From assembly GCA_945482615.1 (NCBI GenBank), contig CALYRG010000002.1:3605-67604 (forward strand): a stretch of DNA of 64,000 nucleotides. Reading direction: 5' to 3'. Source of the DNA: an uncultured Clostridia bacterium. Lineage in GTDB: Bacteria; Bacillota; Clostridia; Oscillospirales; Oscillospiraceae. Under the pieces are notes generated by a model. That model worked only from the letters and a program-made list of their open reading frames with translations. It had not been told where the DNA came from and did not search any database. A program made the translations under genes and the position numbers. Below are positions 46,268-56,896 of the stretch, piece after piece (the stretch's first letter is position 1; each line of letters begins with the position of its first letter).

Positions 46268-46982
46268 TCCCGGTCTCTCCCTTCCGGGGTGTGTACAGCC
46301 TCACAAGAACCCACGCGATAAAGCCCAAATCCAGCAGAAGATAGCCGCTCAGCAGCTCCGCGGCACAGAAGAACAGGGCACACAGCCCGGTACCCAGCCA
46401 GAGCCTCCGGCGGGGCAGTCCCACCCCATCACAGGCACAGTACAGGGAAAACAGCGTCATTGCCCCCATTGCGGCCAGAGCCAGCAGAGAATCCATCATC
46501 TGCGGATTGCCGCTCCAGGGTCTGTAGTGGTCAATAATGTGGAACAGGCAGAACAGGCACACAAGAAGATCCGGGACAAATCCGGGTTTCCTTCCCGCCC
46601 CATAGCCGACACCCTGCACCGCCATGCCCACAGCAGCGGCACAGCCCAGCAGCCGCCAGGCAAGCGCCGTGTACCCGGGGGTCATGGGCGAAACAAAGGC
46701 GACGGTGACAGCCATGGCCGCCGCGCAGAAAATCGTTCCGGCAGCAGCTGCCATATCGGGAAGCCGGAAGGTGACATCCGCGCCCTTCACCACGTTCCAA
46801 ATCAGATACACCATTACCAGCACCGTCAGCGCGCCCAGCACCCAGCCCAGGGGGGGTCCAGGCACCAGAAGGCCCCGGTCATCCACCGCAAAAGCATACA
46901 GCGCTTCCCGCACAGCCAGGGCAGCCGCGCCAGCCAGCAGCGCCGCCAGGGGAAGAAATTTCGTATTCCGGGATAATTTCAT
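46254..46982 (-). CDS. Hypothetical polytopic membrane protein
   Basis: Several hydrophobic segments; AAAGGAG RBS; overlaps the cca start. Confidence 0.7.
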   Translation of the reverse strand: MKLSRNTKFLPLAALLAGAAALAVREALYAFAVDDRGLLVPGPPLGWVLGALTVLVMVYLIWNVVKGADVTFRLPDMAAAAGTIFCAAAMAVTVAFVSPMTPGYTALAWRLLGCAAAVGMAVQGVGYGAGRKPGFVPDLLVCLFCLFHIIDHYRPWSGNPQMMDSLLALAAMGAMTLFSLYCACDGVGLPRRRLWLGTGLCALFFCAAELLSGYLLLDLGFIAWVLVRLYTPRKGETGNGAA

Positions 46983-47138
46983 GGAAGAGGCTCCTTTATC
47001 ATGTTCTGGACGTATTATACCAGTTGATTCCGCCAATTTCCACCCTTTTGCAAAAAAACTCTTTGTTTACAATTTGCCCTTGTTTCCCGGATAAAAACCG
47101 AGTATAATGAAAGCAATCGTCACGATTGGAGGACACGT

Positions 47139-47963
47139 ATGCTGCTCAAGGGAATTACCGTTTCTTCCGCGCTGATATCTGCCATCCTGCTTGCCGCAGG
47201 CGTTCTGAGCCCCGTTCAGGCATTGCTCTGCTTTGCCGCCGGATTCCTGGGCCTTTTGCTGCTGGCTTTTGTCTTCCTGTGGTTCTGCTGTGCGCTGGTG
47301 GACATGGACAAGCCCCAGGAGCACGACAGCAAATTCTACCGCCGGATCATGTATCTGTACATTGAGGCTCTGGCAAGCCTGATGCAGGTACGCATCCACA
47401 CCAAGGGGCTGGAAAACACCCCCACCCAGGGCCGCTTCGTGCTGGTGTGCAACCATCTGTCCATTGCCGACCCTGGCGTTATCCATCACTGCTTCCGCAA
47501 AAGCCAGCTGGCCTTTGTGACCAAGCAGGAGAACGCCAGCCTGTTCCTGATTAACAAGCTCCAGCACAAAACCATGTGCCAGAACATCAACCGGGAGAAC
47601 AACCGGGAGGCGCTGAAAACCATCCTCCGGTGCATTCAGCTTCTGGAGGAGGATGAGGTCTCCGTGTGCATCTTCCCGGAGGGCTACTGCAGTGTGGACG
47701 GCAGACTTCATCCGTTCCGCCCCGGCGCTCTGAAGATCGCCCAGAAGGCCCAGGTGCCTGTGGTGGTCTGCACCATCCAGAACACCGCCCCCATCGTCCG
47801 CAACGGCCTGCGTCTGCGCCATACCGACGTGGAGCTGCATCTTGTGAAGGTGCTCTCTCCGGAGGAGCTGAAGGGCAAGACCACCGTCCAGCTCAGCGAC
47901 GAGATTTACGAGCTGATGATTTCCGACCTGGGCGAGGATTTCCGCATACCCAGGGAGGAGTAA
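47139..47963 (+). CDS. plsC: 1-acyl-sn-glycerol-3-phosphate acyltransferase
   Basis: NHLSIAD (HX4D), IFPEG, FRPGA. Confidence 0.82.
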   Translation: MLLKGITVSSALISAILLAAGVLSPVQALLCFAAGFLGLLLLAFVFLWFCCALVDMDKPQEHDSKFYRRIMYLYIEALASLMQVRIHTKGLENTPTQGRFVLVCNHLSIADPGVIHHCFRKSQLAFVTKQENASLFLINKLQHKTMCQNINRENNREALKTILRCIQLLEEDEVSVCIFPEGYCSVDGRLHPFRPGALKIAQKAQVPVVVCTIQNTAPIVRNGLRLRHTDVELHLVKVLSPEELKGKTTVQLSDEIYELMISDLGEDFRIPREE

Positions 47964-48029
47964 CCATCCCTTCACCTGATCCGGCGAAAAAAGGAATTCC
48001 AATAAATACCAAAATTTGGAGGATTAACC

Positions 48030-49457
48030 ATGAAGAACAGTGAAAAAACTCTGGATATGATCGTCAATCTCTGCAAGAACCGGGGCTATGTCTATCCCGG
48101 CTCCGAGATCTACGGCGGTCTGGCCAACTCCTGGGACTTTGGCCCCCTGGGTGTGGAGTTTAAGAACAACGTGAAAAAGGCGTGGCTCAAGAAGTTCGTC
48201 CAGGAGTCCGACTACAACGTGGGTCTGGACGCCGCCATTCTGATGAACCCCCAGACCTGGATCACCACCGGCCATGTGGGTTCCTTCTCTGATCCCCTGG
48301 TGGACTGCAAGGGCTGCGGCTCCCGGGAGCGGGCGGACAAGCTCATCGAGGCTTCCGAGTCCGGCAAGGGCGTCAACGTGGACGCCATGAGCTTTGACGA
48401 GATGGACGCCTTCATCGCCGAGCACGAGGATGTGGTCTGCCCCACCTGCGGCAAGCACCACTTCACTCCCATCCGGAAGTTTAACCTGATGTTCAAGACC
48501 CAGATCGGCGTCACCGAGGACACCGCCTCCACCTGCTATCTGCGGCCCGAGACCGCCCAGGGCATCTTCGTCAACTTCGCCAACATTCAGCGCACCACCC
48601 GCCGCAAGCTGCCCTTTGGCGTCTGCCAGGTGGGCAAGGCCTTCCGCAACGAGATCACCCCGGGCAACTTCACCTTCCGCACCCGGGAATTCGAGCAGAT
48701 GGAGTGCGAGTTCTTCTGCCAGCCCGGCACCGATCTGGAGTGGTTCGCCTACTGGAAGGACTTCTGCAAGAACTGGCTGCTGTCCCTGGGCATCAAGGAG
48801 GAGTCCCTGCGTCTGCGGGATCACGAGCCTGCGGAGCTTGCCTTCTACTCCCGGGCTACCACCGACATCGAGTACCAGTTCCCCTTCGGTTCCGGCTGGG
48901 GCGAGCTGTGGGGCATTGCCGACCGCACCAACTACGACCTGGGCCGCCATCAGGAGGCCAGCGGCAAAAGCCTGGAATACTACGATCAGGAAAAGAATGA
49001 GCACTATATCCCCTACGTCATCGAGCCCAGCCTGGGCTGTGACCGTGTTGCTCTGGCCTTCCTGTGCGAGGCCTACGACGAGGAGCAGGTGGGCGTAGAC
49101 AAGAAAGGCAACCCCGACATCCGCACGGTGCTCCACCTGCATCCGGCTCTGGCGCCCTTCAAGGCCGCTGTCCTGCCCCTTTCCAAGAAGCTCAGCCCCA
49201 AGGCTGAGGAGATCTACCGGGAGCTGCGCAAGGACTTCATGGTGGACTTTGACGATACCGGCTCCATCGGCAAGCGCTATCGCCGGGAGGACGAGATTGG
49301 CACGCCTCTGTGCATCACCGTGGACTTCCAGACCGTGGGCGACGACAACAGCCCCGCAGACAACTGCGTCACCGTCCGGGATCGGGACACCATGGAGCAG
49401 GTTCGCATTCCCATTGACCAGCTGAAGGCCTACATTGCCAAGCACTGCGAGTTCTGA
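48030..49457 (+). CDS. glyQS: Glycine-tRNA ligase (alpha2 type)
   Basis: [55 protein letters not shown]. Confidence 0.96.
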   Translation: MKNSEKTLDMIVNLCKNRGYVYPGSEIYGGLANSWDFGPLGVEFKNNVKKAWLKKFVQESDYNVGLDAAILMNPQTWITTGHVGSFSDPLVDCKGCGSRERADKLIEASESGKGVNVDAMSFDEMDAFIAEHEDVVCPTCGKHHFTPIRKFNLMFKTQIGVTEDTASTCYLRPETAQGIFVNFANIQRTTRRKLPFGVCQVGKAFRNEITPGNFTFRTREFEQMECEFFCQPGTDLEWFAYWKDFCKNWLLSLGIKEESLRLRDHEPAELAFYSRATTDIEYQFPFGSGWGELWGIADRTNYDLGRHQEASGKSLEYYDQEKNEHYIPYVIEPSLGCDRVALAFLCEAYDEEQVGVDKKGNPDIRTVLHLHPALAPFKAAVLPLSKKLSPKAEEIYRELRKDFMVDFDDTGSIGKRYRREDEIGTPLCITVDFQTVGDDNSPADNCVTVRDRDTMEQVRIPIDQLKAYIAKHCEF

Positions 49458-49465
49458 TTTTCCCA

Positions 49466-49542
49466 ATAACCGCCGGTTTCCGGCGGTTATTTTTCTTTTT
49501 CTGCGCAAAGATCCTCCGTATGAACGCTTCATACGGAGGATC
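49466..49542. terminator. Paired hairpins between convergent genes
   Basis: aataaccgccgg/ccggcggttatt plus U-tract; gatcctccgtatgaa/ttcatacggaggatc. Confidence 0.7.
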
Positions 49543-49574
49543 GGCTGCATTATGGACATTTCCCTGTTGAGAGG

Positions 49575-51305
49575 TCATTTCCGGGTGATTTTGATGGAGA
49601 AGGACACCCACTTGTCAAATTCCATGGACCGGGCACGGGCATCCAGCATGTCGGCTGCCTTGACCATCAGCTTGGCCCATTCCTCCGCCGTGCGTTTTCC
49701 GTGAACCTGGGTGACAAGATAGGGGCACTGATCCAGCTTCCGCCGGGAAAACCGCCTGGAGAAGGGCTTGAGGATACCCATCGCCAGGGCATAGGGTGCG
49801 CAGTTGAAGAAGTAGTCCGGGTCGTTATTCATCAGACGCCCGATCTCGGCATTGGACAGCCGCTTCAGATAGCGCCGGAAGCCCAGCACCAGAGAAGCAT
49901 CGTACCGGCCAAGGTCGCTGCGCCGACCGCCATAGGCGGCAAAATAGCCCATAACCCACTGACCAACGCTGCAGCCCAGGGGAATCCACACCTGACCGCA
50001 CAGAAGGCCCAGGGCGATCCAGACCAGGATCAATCCCAATCCAATGAACACCGGCTGCTTGCCCCGCAGATGGGTGCGGTAGGCAACGCTCTGAATGAGC
50101 CAGCCGGAGACTGCGCCGAAGGCGCCGAGGATGATTGCCATCAGGATCTGAAGCCACCGGATATTGGTCATATTCATGGCCACGCACACACCGCAGTAAA
50201 TCTGCGACACGGCGGCCAGAGCGCGGAAGATTTTCACATTGCCGGAGTTGCCCTTGTACATGCTCCGCTCATTGGGGATGGTGGATGCCACCTTTTTGCA
50301 CAGCTGGGCATAGGCAAGTCCCGTTCCGTCCACCACACGCCGCGCCCCGAACAGGGCCCCGAAAACCTTGTTTTCAAAGACGCTTCGCTCGTTGCCCATG
50401 TCCATCCGCTTGTGCAGCAGCACCCGCCCGTTTCCGTCCATATGGATCAGAAGATACCCCATCTGGGCCCAGGAGAATACCATCCCCGTCAGATCCCCGC
50501 CGGAAAGGGTCAGGCGGCAGCCAAGCTCTCCGGCGGTGATGCCGGGAGGCGGCGAAGCGGTTTTGGCCGGCAGCAGCGGCAGCGTAAACAGGAACAGGAT
50601 CCAGTACACCAGCGCCAGCACGGCAAAGACGATCATCGGTGTCAGCTCGGGATTGCCCTCCCGGATGTAGGTGCTGACCCCGGGGAACATGGACTCCGGC
50701 ACCATCAGGTACATGGTCACGCCTTCCCGGTCGTTCATAGGCACCTTGCTGGAGCCGATGATCTGGCTGCCCACCACTTCCCAGTGCAGATCCGCCTCAA
50801 TGCTGCTCTGGCGGTAGATACTGGTAAAATTGGGCTGGGACAGCTTTTCGCCGTTGGGCATGGTCACAGTGAAGCCCAGGCTCTCCACAGGGTAGCGGAA
50901 GCCGCTGAGCAGGGGAAGCTCCAGCTGGAGCTTCCGCTCGTCACCCACCTTCACCACATGAACCGCGTCAGGAATGGTGTATTCCAGGCGGATGGTGGCT
51001 GCGCCGGTATAGCCCCGGGTGATCTTGCTGATGTCCACATTTGTGGCTGAGGCGGTCCGGTTGACGGCCACAGAGGAACCGTTCATGGTAATGTTCTTGG
51101 CATTGGCTGGGATGGGAAAATAGAAGTCCTCATAGGCCGCTTCCAGGCGGAGCAGCACATTGGAGGAGACAATGCAGTCGCCGTCGGTATTCAGAGTACA
51201 CAGAAGATCCACCCGGGTAGCCGCGCTCTCGGCGTAGGCATTCATGCCCAGTATTCCTGCCAGCAGCAGGCACATGGTCACCAGCGCAGCAAACAGCCGT
51301 TTCAA
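49575..51305 (-). CDS. DUF2207-like membrane protein
   Basis: Signal peptide, beta-rich ectodomain, PP.G.T..E.G, GFRRYL, PYALAMG. Confidence 0.7.
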   Translation of the reverse strand: MKRLFAALVTMCLLLAGILGMNAYAESAATRVDLLCTLNTDGDCIVSSNVLLRLEAAYEDFYFPIPANAKNITMNGSSVAVNRTASATNVDISKITRGYTGAATIRLEYTIPDAVHVVKVGDERKLQLELPLLSGFRYPVESLGFTVTMPNGEKLSQPNFTSIYRQSSIEADLHWEVVGSQIIGSSKVPMNDREGVTMYLMVPESMFPGVSTYIREGNPELTPMIVFAVLALVYWILFLFTLPLLPAKTASPPPGITAGELGCRLTLSGGDLTGMVFSWAQMGYLLIHMDGNGRVLLHKRMDMGNERSVFENKVFGALFGARRVVDGTGLAYAQLCKKVASTIPNERSMYKGNSGNVKIFRALAAVSQIYCGVCVAMNMTNIRWLQILMAIILGAFGAVSGWLIQSVAYRTHLRGKQPVFIGLGLILVWIALGLLCGQVWIPLGCSVGQWVMGYFAAYGGRRSDLGRYDASLVLGFRRYLKRLSNAEIGRLMNNDPDYFFNCAPYALAMGILKPFSRRFSRRKLDQCPYLVTQVHGKRTAEEWAKLMVKAADMLDARARSMEFDKWVSFSIKITRK

Positions 51306-51528
51306 GCAGATTCCTCCTTCCCCATAGCCAATTTATGTGTTTATTCTACCATGGAGCCGAAAAAAATGCAAGGCCGTGGCGTCTTTTTTCCGGTGCGTCG
51401 CAGGAGTGTCCGCCGCCGTCTGCTTGGATGCAGATGCGTTCATGCGCGGCTGTCGGCAAATTGAATGCACAAGCTCCTTTTTCGCACTGCTCCTCCTGCG
51501 TTTCGACAATCTTTTCCCGCAATCTGTG

Positions 51529-53418
51529 CTATGATGACGCCATGGGACGCAGACGGACGACAGCCGCCGTGGCATCGTCCTGAGCACGCTCACTCCCATT
51601 CTCCAGAATCTTCGCCGCCAGCTCCCCAGGCGGCGCATCCGGAGTCAAAGAAAGGTGGCGCAGGGCAGCCTCTCCGTCCACGCCATCGCTGAGCAGGATC
51701 AGCACCTCTCCCCGGCACAGGGACAGCTTTTCCACCGTTTCCCGGGCACCACTTACCGAAAGGCCCGGCGGTGGAGCAGCTGTCCCTATTTTCGTTACCG
51801 ACTGCCGGGTGAGCACCCAGCTCGGGGCCGCGCCCCATTTGTACACCGCTGCCCCGCCGGTGTCCAGCCGCAGCTGCGCCAGATCCACCGTTACCGCTCC
51901 TGCGCTCCCCCGCAGGGCCAGCAGATCGTTCAGCGTCCGCAGACTGTACTCCGCCGGAAAGCCCGCCGTCAGAAGGCTGCGCAGAAATTTGCAGGCGTCC
52001 CGGCTTTCCTGGGCGGCTCCGGGACCTGTCCCCATTCCGTCACACAGCAGCACATAATAGGTCTCATCCGGCCCGGCAAAGGCCACACACCGATCGCCGT
52101 TCACCGCCTCCTTCTGCCTGGACCGGGCCGACACCTCCGCCCTGTAGCGGATTTCCAGTGCCTCCCCCCGTCGGGGAAGACGGTCCGACAAAGAGCGAAG
52201 ATAGTCACTCAGCACCGCGTACTGCCGGGCCAGCGCCTGGCGGTATTCCCCCTGCCGGTGCCTGTCCGCCTGCATACTGCAAAGCTCCTCCCGGGCCCGC
52301 CGAAGCTCCGGCACCAGCCGCCCCTGCTTGCGGCAGTCCGCTGCCAGCGGCTCCATAAGCCACTGCCGGGACAGCTGGGCCTTGCAGCTCCGGCGGGCGG
52401 AGCAGCTGTCGCAGGCCCGCTGGCGCACCTTATCCAGCAGTGCATCCTGGTCAATGGGCGGCGGTTCCATTTCCAGGATCAGTCCCTGGGCTGCGCGCAT
52501 CACCTCCGCTCCCAGCTCCAGCCGTACCTGGGCCGTTCCAGTCTCCCCCCGCCGGTGTGTCAGCTGGGGCCGGGGCGGCAGCAGCGTTCCGATGGCCCCT
52601 CCCGCCAGCAGCGCAGGCAGGGGCAGCAGCTCCACCGTCCCGCAGGCCGCCATGGTCAGCATATAGGACACCGCCGGGGCTGTACCCCGCTGCCACTTCT
52701 TATCGAAGGGGATCAGCCGCACGAAATAGGCCATGCACTGGGCCGCCGCCATGGGTACCCGGGTCACCTGGGCCAGGTCCAGAGCCAAACCGGTGAGCAC
52801 TGCTGCCGGAAAAGCGCCGCCGACCCCCATGGCGCCCGCCAGCACGAACCCCAGTCCCAGCCACGGAACCGGAGCCACCTGGGCCAGCGCCAGTGCCCCC
52901 AGGGCGATGGCCAGCCAGTCGGTGATGGCATCCCGGCACAGGGCCGCCTTTGTAAACACCGCCGCTGAAAACAGGGTCATACCCACCCGCAGCAGCCAGA
53001 TGGGCATGGGGGTCCGGTCGCCCAGAAAAAAACGCCACGTAAGGCCCGCCACCGCCACCAGAAAGGAGGCAATGGCCGGGATCATCAGGGGCTGATCCCG
53101 GCGGATCTCCCGGTTTCCCACCAGCACCGCAAGGGTTCCACCCACGGCCGCCCAGACAATTCCCTGGCACCCCGCTGCTCCCCAGAATACAGGGTAGCCA
53201 ATCATGGCTCCCAGGGTCATCAGCACCGCCCGCCACCCGCTGAGGGCACAGATCACGCCCATAGCCAGGGGCAGGGGGCTTGCCCCCAGGCTGGCCGCAC
53301 TGAGCAGGAACCCGCTCCCCAGGTACAGTCCGGCGCTTCCCACCCGCTGAACACCCGGTTCCAGGGCAAGCCGCTGAAGCTCCCGCTTTCCCCGGCGTAA
53401 GTAGGTTTCCACCATCAT
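51529..53418 (-). CDS. spoIIE: SpoIIE-like membrane PP2C phosphatase
   Basis: Multi-TM N-terminus; C..C.....C central motif; NGD, LCDGMGTG, TVDL, KWGAAPS, LSDGV, QDDAT. Confidence 0.75.
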   Translation of the reverse strand: MMVETYLRRGKRELQRLALEPGVQRVGSAGLYLGSGFLLSAASLGASPLPLAMGVICALSGWRAVLMTLGAMIGYPVFWGAAGCQGIVWAAVGGTLAVLVGNREIRRDQPLMIPAIASFLVAVAGLTWRFFLGDRTPMPIWLLRVGMTLFSAAVFTKAALCRDAITDWLAIALGALALAQVAPVPWLGLGFVLAGAMGVGGAFPAAVLTGLALDLAQVTRVPMAAAQCMAYFVRLIPFDKKWQRGTAPAVSYMLTMAACGTVELLPLPALLAGGAIGTLLPPRPQLTHRRGETGTAQVRLELGAEVMRAAQGLILEMEPPPIDQDALLDKVRQRACDSCSARRSCKAQLSRQWLMEPLAADCRKQGRLVPELRRAREELCSMQADRHRQGEYRQALARQYAVLSDYLRSLSDRLPRRGEALEIRYRAEVSARSRQKEAVNGDRCVAFAGPDETYYVLLCDGMGTGPGAAQESRDACKFLRSLLTAGFPAEYSLRTLNDLLALRGSAGAVTVDLAQLRLDTGGAAVYKWGAAPSWVLTRQSVTKIGTAAPPPGLSVSGARETVEKLSLCRGEVLILLSDGVDGEAALRHLSLTPDAPPGELAAKILENGSERAQDDATAAVVRLRPMASS

Positions 53419-53576
53419 TGTTCACCACTGCCTTTCCTTCGTATTAAGTGTAGAGCCATCCTATCACGTCCCGGAAAAATAGTCTGTCGGATTGCAGATG
53501 GCGTGAAAGTTTCTTGCGTTCCCATCATAGAGTGTGTATAATACACGCAGACACCACCCAAAGGAAGGACAGATCA

Positions 53577-54167
53577 ATGGGAAGAGAGTTTGAGCTGAAA
53601 TATCGGGCGGATTCGGATACGCTGGATCAGATCTCCAGCCGCTTCGGCCCGTTTGACACCATCTCCATGGAGACGGACTACTATGACAGCCCGGAGGGCG
53701 CACTGCGTGCCCGGCACTGGATGCTCCGCAAGCGCCTGGAGAACGGCGCAGCGGTGTGTACCCTGAAAACCCCGCTGCCCGGCGGCAGCCGGGGGGAATG
53801 GGAGGTTTCCGCCCCCTCCATAGAGGAGGCCCTTCCTCTGCTTCTGGCGGCAGGCTGTCCGGGGGAGCTGGAAGACCTCGCCCGCCCCGGTCTGCTGCTG
53901 TGGTGCGGCGCCCGGTTTACACGGCTTGCCAGGAAGGTATCCTGCGCAGACTCCGTCCTGGAGCTTGCCCTGGATCAGGGCGTTTTCCTGGGCGGCGGAC
54001 AGGAGCAGCCCTTCGCCGAGCTGGAGGTAGAGCTCAAGGAGGGCACGGAAGCGGATTGCCGGACCTTTGCCCAGACCCTGGCCGGGGCGTACGGACTGGT
54101 TCCGGAGGAAAAAGGAAAAGCCCAGCGGGCTTTCGCCCTGGCTGAGCAAAGACAGGAGAGACTATGA
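53577..54167 (+). CDS. CYTH domain protein
   Basis: EFELKY, YYD, LRKR.E, TLK, R.EWE, FTR, ELEVELKEG, K..RA. Confidence 0.88.
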   Translation: MGREFELKYRADSDTLDQISSRFGPFDTISMETDYYDSPEGALRARHWMLRKRLENGAAVCTLKTPLPGGSRGEWEVSAPSIEEALPLLLAAGCPGELEDLARPGLLLWCGARFTRLARKVSCADSVLELALDQGVFLGGGQEQPFAELEVELKEGTEADCRTFAQTLAGAYGLVPEEKGKAQRAFALAEQRQERL

Positions 54168-54844
54168 GCTTTGAAAAATTGTTTGCCCGGTATAACCGGC
54201 TGGTGCTGTTTGACACGGAGACCACCGGCTTAAGCTGCAGCCGGGATGAGATCATTGAGTTTGCCGCCGTGGTGGTGGAGCCCCAGGCGGGGGTTGTGCA
54301 GGAATATGACGAGCTTATTTCCCTGTCTCCCGGAGGCTTTGTGCCGCCGAAGATTCAGGCGCTCACCGGCATTTCCACCCAGGACATCCGGGAGCGGGGC
54401 ATCAGCAAGGAGCGGGTCTGCCGGGATATCGCCGAGATGATCCGGGGAAAGACCCTTTTGCTTGCCTACAACGCCCACTTCGACCTGAGCTTTCTTTTCT
54501 ATCTGCTGCTGCGCAGCGGCGATCCGGACATTCTCCGGGGCAAAGACAAGCTGGACCTTCTCACCGTCTACCGGGACCGGCGGAGCTATCCCCACCGGCT
54601 GTGCAGCGCCATCGAGGCCTATGGTCTCTCGGGCAAGGTGGTCAACTCCCACCGGGCCATTGACGACGTACTGGCCACCCTGGCTGTCATGGAGGAAATG
54701 GAAAAGGAGAAGGACGACCTGGAACGTTATGTAAACCTATTTGGCTACAATGCCCGCTTTGGCCTGGAGGGCCGGCCCATCTCCTCCGTTACATACAAGC
54801 CTCAGGGCTACGATCCCAAAAATGCGCTGTACGAGGCAGACTGA
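54164..54844 (+). CDS. DEDDh 3'-5' exonuclease (DnaQ-like)
   Basis: FDTETTG, AYNAHFD, SHRAIDD; ATGA overlap with the CYTH gene. Confidence 0.9.
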   Translation: MSFEKLFARYNRLVLFDTETTGLSCSRDEIIEFAAVVVEPQAGVVQEYDELISLSPGGFVPPKIQALTGISTQDIRERGISKERVCRDIAEMIRGKTLLLAYNAHFDLSFLFYLLLRSGDPDILRGKDKLDLLTVYRDRRSYPHRLCSAIEAYGLSGKVVNSHRAIDDVLATLAVMEEMEKEKDDLERYVNLFGYNARFGLEGRPISSVTYKPQGYDPKNALYEAD

Positions 54845-55011
54845 CCCAGGCTTTCCAAAGCGACATATCCGCAGGAAAATGTTGGCTGTTTTCCCTTTCA
54901 TCCGGAAATATTTTACAATTTCTACATAGACAAGGCAGTGTCTGTCTGCTATACTTTTTCCATGGAAATCCCCGGACTGCTGCCCAGGGAGAATAAAGGA
55001 GGAACTGCATT

Positions 55012-55515
55012 ATGGATTTTCTCGATACCCTGAATCTGGTCGTAAAGAATATCGGCGACAAGGCCAATGACGCCCTGGAGCTGACCCGTCTCACCGGCAA
55101 GATTGCTGCCGAGCGTGCTGCTGCCGGAGAGGATCTGAAGAAGATCGGCGCTATGTACTACGAGGTCTACGCCGCCACCGGCGAGGCTGTCCCCGAGGTG
55201 CTGGAGCTGTGCCAGAGCGCCAAGGCCCACTATGATGCCGCCGCTGCCGCCCAGGCAGATATCGACCGCATCAAGGCTGCCAACGCGCCCGCTCCCGCTC
55301 AGGATGTCGCCTGCCCCGTCTGCGGCAAGGTCGTGCCCGCCGACGCCAACTACTGCCCCGTCTGCGGCGCCAGGATCTCCCACCCCGCAGAAGAAGCCCC
55401 CCAGCCTGCTGCTGAGGAGCCTGCCGAAGCGCCCGCCGAGGAGGTCGTTGCCGCCGAAGACCCCGCTCCCGCCGAGCCCCAAGCGGAGGACGCCGACTTT
55501 GCCCCCCAGGAATAA
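55012..55515 (+). CDS. Coiled-coil plus zinc-ribbon protein with an acidic Ala/Pro tail
   Basis: CPVCG..YCPVCG; AAGGAGG RBS; followed by a terminator at about 55528-55563. Confidence 0.8.
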   Translation: MDFLDTLNLVVKNIGDKANDALELTRLTGKIAAERAAAGEDLKKIGAMYYEVYAATGEAVPEVLELCQSAKAHYDAAAAAQADIDRIKAANAPAPAQDVACPVCGKVVPADANYCPVCGARISHPAEEAPQPAAEEPAEAPAEEVVAAEDPAPAEPQAEDADFAPQE

Positions 55516-55588
55516 CCCTGATGCACAATGCCCTCCGGTATCTCAATGGATACCGGAGGGCATATTGTGTTTTATGGTGCTGCCGGGA

Positions 55589-56875
55589 TCAGACGGCGGT
55601 GCGCTCCTTGTTCAGTTTGTCAGCCTTGCAGAACAGGACATAGCCCACGCCCAGCAGGAGAATCAGGGAGGAGATGGCGATGTTCTCATTTTGCAATTTC
55701 ATGCCGAAGATTACCACCTGGGTACCGGCGGTGAGCTGGCTGACCACGCTGATGAGCATCGTGCCCACAAAGGACGCGCCCTTGCCGCAGATGTCCATCA
55801 GGCCAAAGTATTCGCCGCTGCGGTCGGCGGGGATGATCTTGCCCATATAGCTCCGGCTCAGTGCCTGGATGCCGCCTTGGAACATACCCACCAGTACAGC
55901 CAGGACCCAGAACTGCCACTGATACATCAGGAAGACGCCGAAGCAGACGATGAGGATATAGGCCACAATGCTGACCTTGATCAGCAGTCCCGCGTCATAC
56001 CGGGAAGAAAGCCGTCCAAAAAGAATAGAGCAGGGGAAGGCAACGAACTGGGTCAGAAGCAGTGCCAGCAGCAGGCCGGTGGTGTCCAGTCCCAGAGCAG
56101 CGCCGTAAGCCGTTGCCATATCGATGATGGTGTACACGCCGTCGATAAAGAAGAAGAAGGCCAGCAGATACAGGAAAATATGCTTTTCCTTCCGGGCATC
56201 CCGGAGGGTTCTGCCCAGCTGCCGGAAGGCATCCAGCACAGGGCCGGCTTCCTCCACGAAGGCCGTCTGGTGATAGCGCCTCACCAGGGGCAGGGTGCAG
56301 CCCAGCCACCAAAGGGCTGTGATCAGGAACGCGACGGTCATGGCGCTTCCCTGAGACATACCGAAGGCATCGTGACCCAGCACCAGCACCAGGCACACAA
56401 TGAAGGGAATGACGGAGCCGATGTAGCCGAAAGCATAGCCCGAGGTAGACACCTTGTCCATCCGCTCCTCCGTGGTGATCTCCGGCAGCATGGCATCATA
56501 GAACACCAGGCTGGAGGAGAAGCCCACCCGGGCCACCACGAAGATCCCCAGGAAGACCAGCCAGTGGGAGGTCATACCCAGAGCCGCGCAGCCCAGCATT
56601 CCCAGGCAGGCACACAGCATGAAGAGGGGCTTTTTTCGCTTCTGGTCGGCAATGGCGCCGCAGATGGGGCCGATCAAAGCCACCAGCACCGTGGCCACGG
56701 AGTTGGCGTAGCCTAAATAGCTCAGATGCAAATCCTCGTTGACATTGGCCGCGGATGCCAGGGCGTTGAAGAAAAGGGGGATCAGGGTGGTAACCATCAG
56801 AATAAACGCAGAGTTGCCGATGTCATACAGAACCCAGCTGCGTTCCAGTGCCGTGAGCTTAAACTTTTCTTTCAT
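55589..56875 (-). CDS. MFS transporter (UMF1/Atg22-like)
   Basis: WVLYDIGNSAF, FYDAML, GYAFGYIG, QALSRS. Confidence 0.88.
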   Translation of the reverse strand: MKEKFKLTALERSWVLYDIGNSAFILMVTTLIPLFFNALASAANVNEDLHLSYLGYANSVATVLVALIGPICGAIADQKRKKPLFMLCACLGMLGCAALGMTSHWLVFLGIFVVARVGFSSSLVFYDAMLPEITTEERMDKVSTSGYAFGYIGSVIPFIVCLVLVLGHDAFGMSQGSAMTVAFLITALWWLGCTLPLVRRYHQTAFVEEAGPVLDAFRQLGRTLRDARKEKHIFLYLLAFFFFIDGVYTIIDMATAYGAALGLDTTGLLLALLLTQFVAFPCSILFGRLSSRYDAGLLIKVSIVAYILIVCFGVFLMYQWQFWVLAVLVGMFQGGIQALSRSYMGKIIPADRSGEYFGLMDICGKGASFVGTMLISVVSQLTAGTQVVIFGMKLQNENIAISSLILLLGVGYVLFCKADKLNKERTAV

Positions 56876-56896
56876 TGTCTGTTTCTGCCTCCATTG

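Noticed and set aside
55390-55512. Repetitive Glu/Ala/Pro-coding stretch
   Set aside because: Ordinary low-complexity protein tail, not a DNA repeat element
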